Assembly: GCA_008369845.1 (NCBI GenBank)
Contig: MRSU01009401.1
Coordinates: forward strand, 1-57,749
Reading direction: 5' to 3'
Origin: Trichomonas gallinae
Taxonomy: Eukaryota
DNA length: 57,749 nt
Shown here: in pieces, positions 31,305 to 42,400 of the stretch
How positions within the stretch are numbered: the first letter of the stretch is position 1
How the letters are laid out: each line of letters begins with the position of its first letter
Notes under the pieces: generated by a model
Database searches by the model: none
Told to the model about the DNA's origin: nothing
What the model saw: only the letters and a program-made list of their open reading frames with translations
Program-made: the position numbers and the translations under genes

Positions 31305-32327
31305 ATGGACTACGATCACAACAACGTCTTGATTTCTGTGTCGAAAGTCTATGCGGATGTCAACCAGCAGAAAGGGCCGGAGTGGTACGACCACAAATCT
31401 TATGAGCCGCAGTGGAGTCTCCCCGACCATTATTCACTTATGAAGAAAGTTGGGCGAGGAAAGTATTCAACCGTTTTCAAGGCAATGCATAAAAGAAGAA
31501 CAGAGTGCGCAATTAAAATCTTAGTTCCTTTAGATCCTAAACGTTATCTTCGCGAAATTAAAATTTTAACAAACCTCGCAGGACAGAAAAATATCGTCAG
31601 ACTGCTCGATCTCGTTAAAGATCCAATGACAGGAATTTATTCGTTCGTTTTTGAGTGGGTAGACTTCTATGATTGGAGATCTTTATATACATCTTTCACA
31701 ATAGACGACATTAGGTTATATATGTATAAATTATTATGTGCTCTAGACACAGCACATTCAAATGGAATTATGCACCGTGATATTAAACCACAAAATATCG
31801 CAATAGATAAAGAACACAGAAGATTAAGACTCCTTGACTGGGGTCTTGCAGACTTTTACCATCCGAAACAGAAATATAACTCACACGTCGCTACGAGAGT
31901 CTTTAAGCCTCCGGAACTCCTGATTTGTTATCCATATTACGATTATTCCATGGATATATGGTCAGCAGGTCTCACATTCTCTATCATGATGTTTAAGAGA
32001 ATTGTTGTAGAGTGCGGAGAAGACGATCCAGACCAGTTATTGAAAGTTGCCGATTTAGTCGGCGGCGCCGGCATTTTGAATTACGCTGACAGCCTTGGTG
32101 TTGAGCTTGACGACAGCACAAGGCAGCAGCTGTTGAGGAGGCCAGGCACAGGATGGGATAAACACAGACAAAAAGTTGCTCCAGAGCTATGCCCGCCGGA
32201 AGCTTTGGACTTGCTCAACAGGATGATGACCATCGACCACCGCGAGCGTATTACTGCACGCGACGCGATGAAGCATGCATTCTTCAAGCCGCTCCTCGAG
32301 CCTCTGAATCGTCATGGAAAAATGTGA
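31305..32327 (+). CDS. CSNK2A: Casein kinase II alpha-like protein kinase (CMGC), divergent
   Basis: SKVYADVN..K..EWYD, VGRGKYSTVF, HRDIKPQN, DWGLADFYHP, DYSMDIWS, RITARDAMKHAFF. Confidence 0.9.
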   Translation: MDYDHNNVLISVSKVYADVNQQKGPEWYDHKSYEPQWSLPDHYSLMKKVGRGKYSTVFKAMHKRRTECAIKILVPLDPKRYLREIKILTNLAGQKNIVRLLDLVKDPMTGIYSFVFEWVDFYDWRSLYTSFTIDDIRLYMYKLLCALDTAHSNGIMHRDIKPQNIAIDKEHRRLRLLDWGLADFYHPKQKYNSHVATRVFKPPELLICYPYYDYSMDIWSAGLTFSIMMFKRIVVECGEDDPDQLLKVADLVGGAGILNYADSLGVELDDSTRQQLLRRPGTGWDKHRQKVAPELCPPEALDLLNRMMTIDHRERITARDAMKHAFFKPLLEPLNRHGKM

Positions 32328-32444
32328 TTTTTAATTTCGTGTAATAAATTATTTTTTTTGATTAAAGCTTTAATTTACAGAATACAACTGTAAAACTTCT
32401 AATAATCAAAATATATCTTTTCCATGATTTTATTTTATTGAATA

Positions 32445-32646
32445 ATTAATATATCGAATTAAGGTATTTTTATAAAAGAAACAAACCAAAAACAATCTAA
32501 AATGCTTATATATTTAATCATATTTTTCGAAAATCAAATTTATTTTTTCAAAAATTAATTTATCGAATTAAATAATTTATATCAAAGAAACAAACCAAAA
32601 ACCATCTAAAATACCTATATATTTGATAATATTTTTCTAAAATCAA
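32445..32646. repeat. ~110-bp degenerate tandem duplication in a convergent intergenic region
   Basis: tatcgaattaa...aaagaaacaaaccaaaaac.atctaaaat...tatatattt.at.atatttttc.aaaatcaa occurs twice. Confidence 0.8.
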
Positions 32647-32838
32647 TTATTATTGTTTTTATTATTCTTTTAAATCTCAGTAATAGAAATAACTATAGTC
32701 TCAATGAGGATTCTTAACAGCAATTTAATGTCGCTATTTACAAGTTTTAGCGCGAACGATATTTCAAATTCAACAAAAAAGAAAGACAGAAAAACTATTT
32801 AGCTGTAGTATATACATATACAATATTTACAAAAATAA

Positions 32839-35124
32839 TTAGTCAGAATATAAACAAATACATGAAGCTTCAACGTCAAACATTTCTCCTTTGTCTCTCA
32901 CAATGAATTCATTTCCTGATTTTTGTACAACTATGCCTCTTCCGGTCCTGCCTTGTGCCAGGTAGATGCACTGCTTGCCTGGAATTGGTTGGACAGCTCT
33001 GAGTTGGGTTACATCATAAGTGTTCAACTCTCCGTTGTTAAGTCTAACGTTCGCATTTGTTCCTGAGACAGTGGTGATTATTCCGTTTATCTGTGTTCCG
33101 GATATTCTCACATTTGCTCCAGGAATTTGGAAAACTAGTTTTGGCTTCAACTTTAATTCACTAGCTTTGCAAACTTGATAAGTTTTCGTTGTTCTCAACA
33201 AAACATTGTCGTTATATAATTGTCTGATTACTCCAAACTGGTTTGATAGAATGACTTCATCTCCGACTTTCATCGAATTTCCATTCATATCTTTAGCCGT
33301 TTCACTCACTGACTCTTTCGTGTAAGTTCCAGAACATACATCAATAACTTTTGTCGCGTTCTTGAAACTCAAGACTTGTAGTCTGTTTTCTGAGATATTA
33401 TTAAGCACGAAATATGTTTCCCACGTATTATCTTCCATGATCACATCATATTTGGTTGGAATTAAAGATTCAATTCTCGAATACACGACTGGTCTGCTAA
33501 TGTCTAGTTTCATTATATTGGTACCATCAACGAAATTCGACGGACAGAAAGCAGGCTGAGGTTTAGAGATTTGTTTGAGAGAACTAGCGTCTAAGTAGAA
33601 ATTTGTTGGAAAAGATACTAAGTCTGCGACACCTGACGCGTTGACTTTTATCACTCTAAAAATCATTCCTGATGTTTTTCCTTCTGTGCTCTCCACGTAG
33701 TCTCCTGGCAAGAAATTCACTTCGGGTTTCTGTTGTTCGTGGAGTTTTTGCTGTTTAAGCTTCTCTTCTTTCTGCTTTTTAAGTTTTTCGAGTTTTTCTT
33801 GGACAACTTGCTTTGGCGATTTTGGATCTTCGCTGTTGGGCTCTGATGACTTGATTTTGTTGTACTTTTGCATGAATTTGTCTAAACCTGGAGCTTTTTT
33901 AATGACATTTTCATTCAGATATCTTAATCCTTCGACTCTCTTTTTCTCTGCTGCAGCTTCTTCCTCCATCTTTCGCTTCTTTTCTATTTCTTCTCTTTCT
34001 TTTCGTTGTCTTTCCTCTTCTTCGCGTCTTTTTTGTTCGATTTCTGCTCTTCTTATTTCTTCTTCTTTGCTTCTTTCAGAAATTGCTTTAAGAGCAGCCA
34101 TTATGTTATCATTCTCATTTGTCTGCGGTTTTTTAGGTGATGGCTCCTCTAAACTTCTGATTAAATTAGAAAACGAATTTTTAGGTTGCTGTTGCGGTTC
34201 CCTAGATATAGTGACATGTTCTGATTCTGCTCTTTGGATTTGTGACACATCAGCGCGACTGATTTTTTGAGGAATTAATTTTTCTTCAGTTTTTGGTTTA
34301 ATATCCAACTTTGGCTTAAGTTTACTGTATTTTAATAGCTCTTCAAAGTTAAATTGCATTCTTGGAGGAAATCTTTGTATCTCTTCTTCAGTAGGAGAAT
34401 ACCAGCATATTAAATCATCGAATTTCTGTTGTATTATCTGATATGGTGCGATGTAATTTCCATTATTCCATTGAATACAGTTTTCCATCTGATTATTTTC
34501 ATAATTTGTTCGAGTTTTACCTGTTGGAAGCTTTGTTTTCAGTATTTTCTCGATTCTATCTTTGTCAAATGGCGCTGGATTTGGTTTTTTAGTAATTTGT
34601 TTCATATTATTTAAATTTTCATAATCAATCATTGGCCAAATACGTAATATAACCTTCTTCATATTCGTGCTAAGTGAAATAACTTGTCCGACATTGCCGC
34701 GGAATATCGGATCCGTAGTTTTTACAATTTGAGATGGCAATATTCTAGAATGTATTGTAAAATCACAAAAAATAGACACAATTTCTTGGTTAGTAAGCTG
34801 TTTTATATCTGTTTCAAGCTTATATTTTGAAACTATACTCTCAATTGCTGATTTATCTAAAGATTCAACAAAAAGAGCATCAATTTCTGTCGGTAGACTA
34901 AATGAACTCAATATTTTACTGTCATTTAGTTGGAACATCAACTCATATATCTGTAAGTGATCTAAAGATGATATATTAATCTTAAATATTTTTGGAAAAT
35001 TGTTTGAGTTCACGATTCTATTCTTATCTATATCGCCTGAGTAACTCATATCACTAGTTATCGCTCGTGATGGACCAAGAGAGCGAGTATATGTATAACT
35101 GCTGCCCCAAAGTAAGTCCATCAT
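32839..35124 (-). CDS. SPT5: Divergent Spt5-like transcription elongation factor (NGN + KOW motifs)
   Basis: LFVESLDKSAI resembles the NGN IYVEA motif; IFRGNVGQV...VILRIWPMIDY...PAPFD resembles KOW1; PGDYVESTEGKTSG, DMNGNSMKVGDEV and PGANVRISG are KOW-like. Confidence 0.6.
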   Translation of the reverse strand: MMDLLWGSSYTYTRSLGPSRAITSDMSYSGDIDKNRIVNSNNFPKIFKINISSLDHLQIYELMFQLNDSKILSSFSLPTEIDALFVESLDKSAIESIVSKYKLETDIKQLTNQEIVSIFCDFTIHSRILPSQIVKTTDPIFRGNVGQVISLSTNMKKVILRIWPMIDYENLNNMKQITKKPNPAPFDKDRIEKILKTKLPTGKTRTNYENNQMENCIQWNNGNYIAPYQIIQQKFDDLICWYSPTEEEIQRFPPRMQFNFEELLKYSKLKPKLDIKPKTEEKLIPQKISRADVSQIQRAESEHVTISREPQQQPKNSFSNLIRSLEEPSPKKPQTNENDNIMAALKAISERSKEEEIRRAEIEQKRREEEERQRKEREEIEKKRKMEEEAAAEKKRVEGLRYLNENVIKKAPGLDKFMQKYNKIKSSEPNSEDPKSPKQVVQEKLEKLKKQKEEKLKQQKLHEQQKPEVNFLPGDYVESTEGKTSGMIFRVIKVNASGVADLVSFPTNFYLDASSLKQISKPQPAFCPSNFVDGTNIMKLDISRPVVYSRIESLIPTKYDVIMEDNTWETYFVLNNISENRLQVLSFKNATKVIDVCSGTYTKESVSETAKDMNGNSMKVGDEVILSNQFGVIRQLYNDNVLLRTTKTYQVCKASELKLKPKLVFQIPGANVRISGTQINGIITTVSGTNANVRLNNGELNTYDVTQLRAVQPIPGKQCIYLAQGRTGRGIVVQKSGNEFIVRDKGEMFDVEASCICLYSD

Positions 35125-35147
35125 TGTTTTTATGTTGAAAATTTTCG

Positions 35148-35545
35148 CGGGAATTTTTAATTAGGGGATGGCTTTATAATTGACTTCGAGGATTAGGGTC
35201 TTGTAAACATTTCAAATAAACAAGGGTCTTAAAATAATATGCAGGGTTTTGGATAAAAATTCTAAACGTTTGCAGGGGATGACTTTTTATAAAAGGAGTT
35301 GTTAAAAATTTTAACTATTATTGAGGGGTTGATATTTTTAAAATGGGATTTTGGTAGAAAAATTTTTATCGTTTTTACGGGTTAATTATTTTAGAGAGGG
35401 TTTGGTAAATATTTAACTTTTGTTGAGGGGTTGATATTTTTAAAAAAGGGGTTTGGTAAATATTTTTAAAAGGGTCGTTAATCAATATAAAGGGCGTTGC
35501 AAATATTTGAATTTATTTAAGGGGTAGATAGAATTAATTAGGGTT
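35148..35545. promoter_or_regulatory. Divergent promoter with a strand-asymmetric G-tract (AGGG/AGGGG) array
   Basis: About 16 G3/G4 tracts on the + strand and no C3 tracts, with an internal ~55-bp duplication (about 35305-35360 vs 35407-35462). Confidence 0.55.
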
Positions 35546-35559
35546 TTGTAAATTTTCGA

Positions 35560-36051
35560 ATGAAACCATTCGCTCGTGTCGAACTTGATTTTTGCAAGGA
35601 ATTTACAAGAAAGCTGTATTCACATCCATTGGCTAAGGCTTTCATCCGTCCTGTTAATCCAGAACTTGATAGAGCCAATGATTATTTTCAAATCATTCAG
35701 AAGCCAATGGATCTCGGTACAATTAAGAAGAAACTCGATAATGGTGAATATGAAAACGTTCAGCAATGGCAAAGCGATGTTAGATTAGTTTGGGATAACG
35801 CAAAACAATATAACAACGAAAAGAAATCAATTCTTTACAAAGTAGCAGATAAACTCAGCCAAAAATGCAATAAGATATTTAAATTCATTCCAAAAGACGA
35901 ATCAGAGCTTTGGGCATTGAAATTATCAAAAGCTAACAACAAGCTGAACAAATTCCTTCAGAATGTACCGCCAGAGTATAGTACATATCCAAGGTCACAG
36001 CAGAATGCTATTCAAACTGAGCCACCAAAAGAAGAAGAGAAAACTAATTAG
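35560..36051 (+). CDS. Stand-alone bromodomain protein
   Basis: AFIRPVNP...DYFQIIQKPMDLGTIKKKL..GEY......DVRLVWDNAKQYN. Confidence 0.93.
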   Translation: MKPFARVELDFCKEFTRKLYSHPLAKAFIRPVNPELDRANDYFQIIQKPMDLGTIKKKLDNGEYENVQQWQSDVRLVWDNAKQYNNEKKSILYKVADKLSQKCNKIFKFIPKDESELWALKLSKANNKLNKFLQNVPPEYSTYPRSQQNAIQTEPPKEEEKTN

Positions 36052-36499
36052 TTTCTATAATTACAGATTTACTACATCGCAGCTGTTTGTATGATTTATA
36101 TATATAGAATTTTAAATACAATTCATCTTTGTTCAATTTATAAAATAAATTTTTGTTGAAGTTGTAACCTATTCTCATAATCAACTAATAAGAAGTATAT
36201 CCACCAGTACATTGTAAATTATTTATTCTTGTTCAATTTAATGAGCATTTTTTTTTTCATATTTTCAATTTAATAAATTTTAAGTTCTAATTGACTCGTA
36301 TGATAGAATGACAAAAATGTTTCCTAATTATTAGGTAAAATCCCATAGAGAAGTGCTTTTAATGAATTTTATTTGTTTTAGAAAGACAACCAATAATCAA
36401 TTGACTGGTAAATGTAATTGATGTCGATAAAGATATGATAATAAAAAAGATAGATTAAGAAATATTAAAAACAGTTTATATAAAATACAAAAAAAAAAG

Positions 36500-39400
36500 T
36501 TATTCACGCACTGTGATAATAGCAGCAACAGAACGTTGTGTCCAGTGTGATGGAGATAATTTTCCGTTAGGAAGCCATAAACTCATAATATAATTTTGTG
36601 GATCTAATGCTCCAGTTCCTCTGACTTGTGTTCTGAATACTGGGCATTCATAGCCTTTATCATCTGGCTCTGTAGTTGGAATTAAGTGGACGACAGGCAG
36701 AGTTGAAATAAGGTCACAGGAATCGCATTCTACGAGGCATGATTCTTCACTGCTCCATTTGGCACCTTCAAGGAAGAGTCCTTCAACGTAGAGGCCATTT
36801 TCTGGCTCCTCCTGAATAGCAGCGCCCACTCTTTCTTTTAGTATGGATGTGGTGTATCTTACTGTATCGAATGGGACTTTGTTCTTTCTCGCGAAAAGTT
36901 GCAAATTCGCTGTCAAAAATTCTTCTGGATGGAAGAAAGCACCGAGCTTGAAAACCTTCGGCCTTGCTCCTCTTGTCCAAGAATCTATGAACTTGCACCT
37001 CTCAACGAGGTCTTCGATGAAATGTGAAGCAGGCAAAGCAGTCAAATATGATACTTGTTTCCAGCGATCTGGGACTTTGTTTGCAACTAATGATTTGATC
37101 ATCTGTGAAATTTCTTCGTTCATTAATCTTCCACCGCTCAGAGCATCATTGGCTTCATATAGTGATCTGTGTATCTCTGAGAGGAGTTTGTTGTAGAGTA
37201 CGCATTCGTGTAAGACAACAACAAGGAAAACATCACAGTTTCCTGTTGAGTTCCTCATCTGTCTTTGCAAGTTTGCTGTGTTGAATTCGTGAGGAACTTG
37301 TGCTGAATATGTTTCAATTAGCTTCATAATATAAGCTGTGTCATCAGCTGTTCCCGATGTAGAAATAAGCGTTGGATCAATCTCAATAATGGAGTTGAAA
37401 ATGTTGACAGCCTCTGCGCGTGCAACAATTGTGCTCGCGTTCTTTGCCAGTCCGACATCTTCGCCTTCAGTGACAATGGGCCACTCGTTGATAAGCTTGA
37501 TGATGTCTTCATGCTTGGCCGATTCTGCTGGCGCAGGGAAGTGCGGGCCAAATGGCTCAGCGGATGCAATGGCTGTCTGAGAAACATACTGCTGCAAAAT
37601 TGACTGCAAAAGTCTTATGTCCCATTTATCTGTGACTCTTCCACCGTAGTTGAGTTTGCCGATGACATATGTTAAAGCGTCGAATGGAGCAATGTCACCA
37701 CCAGCTTCTGATATGAAAGAAGACAGCTGTTTCCTTGAAATGTTGAAATCGCTCAAGTTGAATTCGTACGGAACATTCCAGCCTAGAGAACCGAACTGTA
37801 GGCGCTCGAGAACGACAGCATGGAAGAAAGCGAGGTGGAAAGTGAGTTGCTTTTCAAGTGAGTTAGGGTTATCATTGTAAATCTCCTGGTCCATGCCACT
37901 GTAGATCCTCAAAACATTCTCTTTGACGCCCTTTGGAATTTCGTAGATGAGTTTTGTTCCTCTGAACAAGACACCGATTGGGAACTGAGGTGTTGACATT
38001 GTTTCGAGGCAGAGTCTGAATCTTGGATGAACAGTTCCAACTAATCCATCGACAATGTGTTCAAGTCTCGGCATCCATGACAACGAAAGATGGCAGTTTT
38101 GTAAGATGACCCAGAAACCAGCTGATGAAGCTTCTTCGATCAATTTTTCTGCTCCTGCTCCTCTTCCGCGGCCAAGTGAATAGAATTTGACTGCTCGGGT
38201 AACTTCCATGTGTTCTGCAACTTGAACAATTTCATCTTGTGGGTCAATACCTGGCGTGATGACGAAAATGAGAGGAGTCAATGGTGATGATTCAGCGAAA
38301 ATATTCTTCAAGTTAAGTGGTGGAGGATCAACGAACTCTTTTCCAAGAGTCCTAGAAATGAACAATCTAATTCCGCTGCAGACTCTATCGAAGTGGAAGA
38401 CGCGCAAAATGAGAAGATGCTCCCATGGTGTTGTTCCCATAGGTGGTTCAACGTTTTCGGCTTCACTTTTAGCTAGATAATTTCTCCAGACATCTTCTTT
38501 GTTTTGCAAACTATTGATAAGATCATTGAATGAATTTGACGCGTTAACAAGAGAGTTAGCAAGGTCCCAAGATGCATCTGGAAGCCATTTAACAGTTTTC
38601 TCTGTCTTTTCTATTGTAGGATTCAACAAGAATGCGAGTTCTGATTGTGTAATCTTTTCCTGGAACAGCAAAACTCTCACTGTAACTAAGAATGCGAATA
38701 ATAATTTGTGTTTCGAGAATAGTGAATACGAAACGCACTGGAAGAATTTGACACCAATTGCGTGCTGGAAAGAAGCAATCATTTGAGTGACATCAGTTGG
38801 ATGTGGAGCTTCTTTGACAGCTTTCTTGAATATGTCAACGAACCACATCAAAGAGAATTGGTACATAGGATCAATGATGCTGAAATCGGAAGCGCAGAAG
38901 TATAATTGTGCTGCATATTCTGCAACAGAAACAAACTTAGTCCTGTACTGCTGTATTTGTAATTCTGTCTTTGCTGACAAAGCAAGCTGTTGCTCAATCG
39001 ATAATGTTGTCTTTTGAGCACTTGTTAAAGTATTAATTGCGTTGTCATCACTTAAAATGTCTTCGCCTGCATTGTTGACGATCTGGAGAATCTGTCCTTC
39101 GAGCTGTTTCAGCTTGTTTGTGTTCTCGGCGTTTGACTCCATGATTGAAACTCTCTTCTTGTCCAAGTCATCTCTCTCGACTTCGATTAAACTGTTCATC
39201 AGGAAGTCAGACAAACCACTCTGTGTAGTTACGAAATTGATTAAAGTGACTTGAGAGCAAATTTCTGGCGAGTAATGTGGATTTGGATACTTGGTGGACA
39301 TGAATAATCTAAAGTCAGGTGAATAGTTTATATATTCGCCGCCAATTGAAATCTTTTTGACACCATCAGAAATGATGAATTCTCTCGATAATATTGGTTC

Positions 39401-42400
39401 AATAATCGGGTCGAAATCAAAGCCAACGTTCTCGATCAAGACGTGAACACCGAACGTTATGCAGCTCTTGAGTTGCTGAACGAAATCAGACTGATCGAAA
39501 TGCAAAACTTTTAGCTGATCACCTTCAAACAATTTAAGCCATTTAGTTCCGTTAAATTGTGGATCAATAAGTAATGGAAATGATTCAGGATGAGCTTCGA
39601 TGATCAAAGCATTCTCTATTGAGTGTGAATCGTTTGGAAGGCCCATGTAAATCCATGAGCGTGTCTTGGCTTCATTGCCAAGCAAATTTATGATCGAAAA
39701 GTTTGAAGCGAAAACGAAGCTGTCATTTAGCAAATACATTCTCCACTCATCAAGCAATCTAGCTCTGTATTGTGGTCCGAAAGCTCCGAAATAAGTCAAG
39801 CAGCCAGAAATCAAAAGATTGTCGCCAACAATTGATGTCGATGAATTGATCAAGTCAGCCTTTTGCTGGTTCCATCTTTTAACTTCAACTCCGAGTCCAA
39901 CCATTATCTTCTGTGCTCTTGATAATTTGAGCTGAGTGATGTTGACGCTATCCTGTAATTCTTTGACGTTCTTCTTTTCAACATCGACTTGCGCCAAAAG
40001 ATCTTTGAGCTGTTCTTCTGTTTCAGCCAAATGAGCTTTGGAGTTATTCAGAATCTGAAGCTGCCTCTCATATTTGGCAGCTGCAGCATCTGCTTCATTC
40101 TGCAGTGGAATGATTTCCTGGTGAACGTACCAATAGTCATAGAGAGAGCAAAGCCAGAAGTAGATATTACCAACAGCATGATAGCCGCTTCTTACTTCAG
40201 CGAGTTTGTCTTCACGAGTTTTCTTTTCCATTGGAACATATTTAGCGAGTTTCTTGATTGTTTCTTTCGTGATTGTATCTGGCTGGAAGTTTCTGATCTT
40301 CTTGATGAAAGCTACATCATTCAACAAAACTAATGTTTCTGGCCAGTAATCTTCTGTTTTGACGCCTGGGCTTGTTTCTATCTTTCTTGGCTGTCTGCCG
40401 AACAGAATACAAATGGCTTCGAATGCTTCTCTGAGGGCAGGATGAATCTTTTTAAGCTGCTTGATGTTGACAATTGAGTCTCTGTCGATCATATCAATAG
40501 CATCTTGTGCACCTTGCAAGATAGGCTTAGCTTCGTTAAGCTTTTCTTGAGCAATTCTGTTTGTTTCTTCGGCTGCTTGGGCTTCAACTTCTGCCTTTTC
40601 TGACTGTTCTTTGATTGCTGTTCTTGTTAATTCGACATCAGATTGTTTCTTCTGCAAATCTTTAATCAAGTCTTCGACATTCTTCTGCTTATTCTTGAGG
40701 ATTGGGATGTCTCTGTCAAGTTGCTGACTGAGCTGTTCGATTTGTTTCCTTGTTCTCTCGATTTTCTCTATACCTGAATCGAAGTCTTTGACTTTCATGT
40801 CTGTCTGCTTGATTTGGTTCTCTAATCTGGACATGAACAAGTTCAACAGGTCGAAGAATCTTGAAGGAGTAATAGCAGTATATCTTTTCCTCTCAATGAA
40901 GTATCTTGTGCTTGTTGCTTCAACCGATTTGTGAGCTTTAACACAGAAGGAGACGATCTTCTTTCTCATATCTGGTTCAGTGATTGAAGACTTTTCGAGA
41001 ACATTTGTTGCAACTGCCTCAAGTGAGTTAGAAGACCATGGCATGAACCAGTCCATTGTCGTTTCTTTGAGCAAGTCTTCGAAATTATGCAACTCGTCTT
41101 TGAATATTGTAGATGATGGAGAAACAATTAAAACAATATGTAAGTTGAGTCTAACTCTGTCTTTGAACAATGTTAGTGGATCTTCTTCTAGTGTGATACC
41201 AGCAGTCATTTCGTTCTTGATTTGATCTAGTTCATCTCTCGAGAATAAATTCGGTATCCATGATTCAGCGAGTAGTTTAGAAATATCAGCGAGCTGGAAT
41301 GGTTTAACGATCTGGAAATCGCTGATCATGAAAGATCTCTGCTTGTTCTTCAAACCGCATGATTTGAGCAAGTTCTTAAGATCTTCGCGCCATTCTAAGA
41401 AACCATAAGTTCTTGTCAGTGAAATTTCGAACAATTCAATGTCAGCAATATAGCTTGCGAGCCTTGCAAGAGATTTTCTTCCGCTAGCTTTGAGGCCAAC
41501 GAGCATTAAATGGCCACGCTGCATTGCCAATCCTCTTGATATTGATGCCAAGTGATCAACAGCCTGCTGGAACATGACGATATTCAAAGTTTTCGGCATC
41601 GTAGCATTGTGATCTTCCAAGTATTTCTTGCATCTGTCTATTGTTGATTCTTGTCTTTCTATCACTTCTACATATGTTCTCTCGCTGTTGGAGTAGTTGT
41701 TAAAGGTGATGTTATCTTGCATGACTTTGTTTGTTTGAATGTGGAACTCTTGCGCGAAAGCAGTGCTCATCATGCTCGTGAACCAAGCTCTCGTCTCTTC
41801 TTCGTTGAATCTCTCATAGAATTCTTTGTGCATTTCGTGCCACCAAATGTGGAAGAAGTCTATATCCTTAGGAATTTCATGTTGTGGTGCTAGGCAGATA
41901 CCTTTAATAACTCTTATGATGTTTCTGAGTCCGAAGATATAATGCGGCTTAGATGGAACAGGAAGCAAAGTCTTCTGGATTTCACTGAATACATCAAGTG
42001 TCGCCAAAACTGTTGGCCTGATTAATTCTTTAATTGCTGGCTCATGTTTGTCTAACAAATTGGTGAGAAGACCAGAAATAATTGCAAACAGAGAAGTCTT
42101 GTTTGTTCTTGGGACGTGAATTGAAACGAAATGTCTCTTCAATCTTTCTGGAATTGTGAAAGCGCCGCCAATTGGCATGCTCATTGCTGCAATGAATGTT
42201 GTTTCAACGACTTTCTCGAATTCAACTTTCTTCGTGTTATACCATCCACCGTAATCAATAACTTGCCTGATGAACTCTAAAGGAGGCTGTGCTCCATATT
42301 GTTCGCTTTTCGGTGTTGAGATATCATCCAAGAAAACAATCAGCTCTTGACCAGGAAGAGGCCCGTAAGCTCCATGACGTTTCTGGAGCATTGCCTTGAT

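Noticed and set aside
16088..32327. Functional cluster of phospho-signalling genes (B56, SCP phosphatase, SAPS, CK2)
   Set aside because: These families are expanded in trichomonads and are interspersed with unrelated genes, so co-location is probably chance.
35161..35543. Interstitial telomere
   Set aside because: Only three isolated TTAGGG hexamers, not in tandem.
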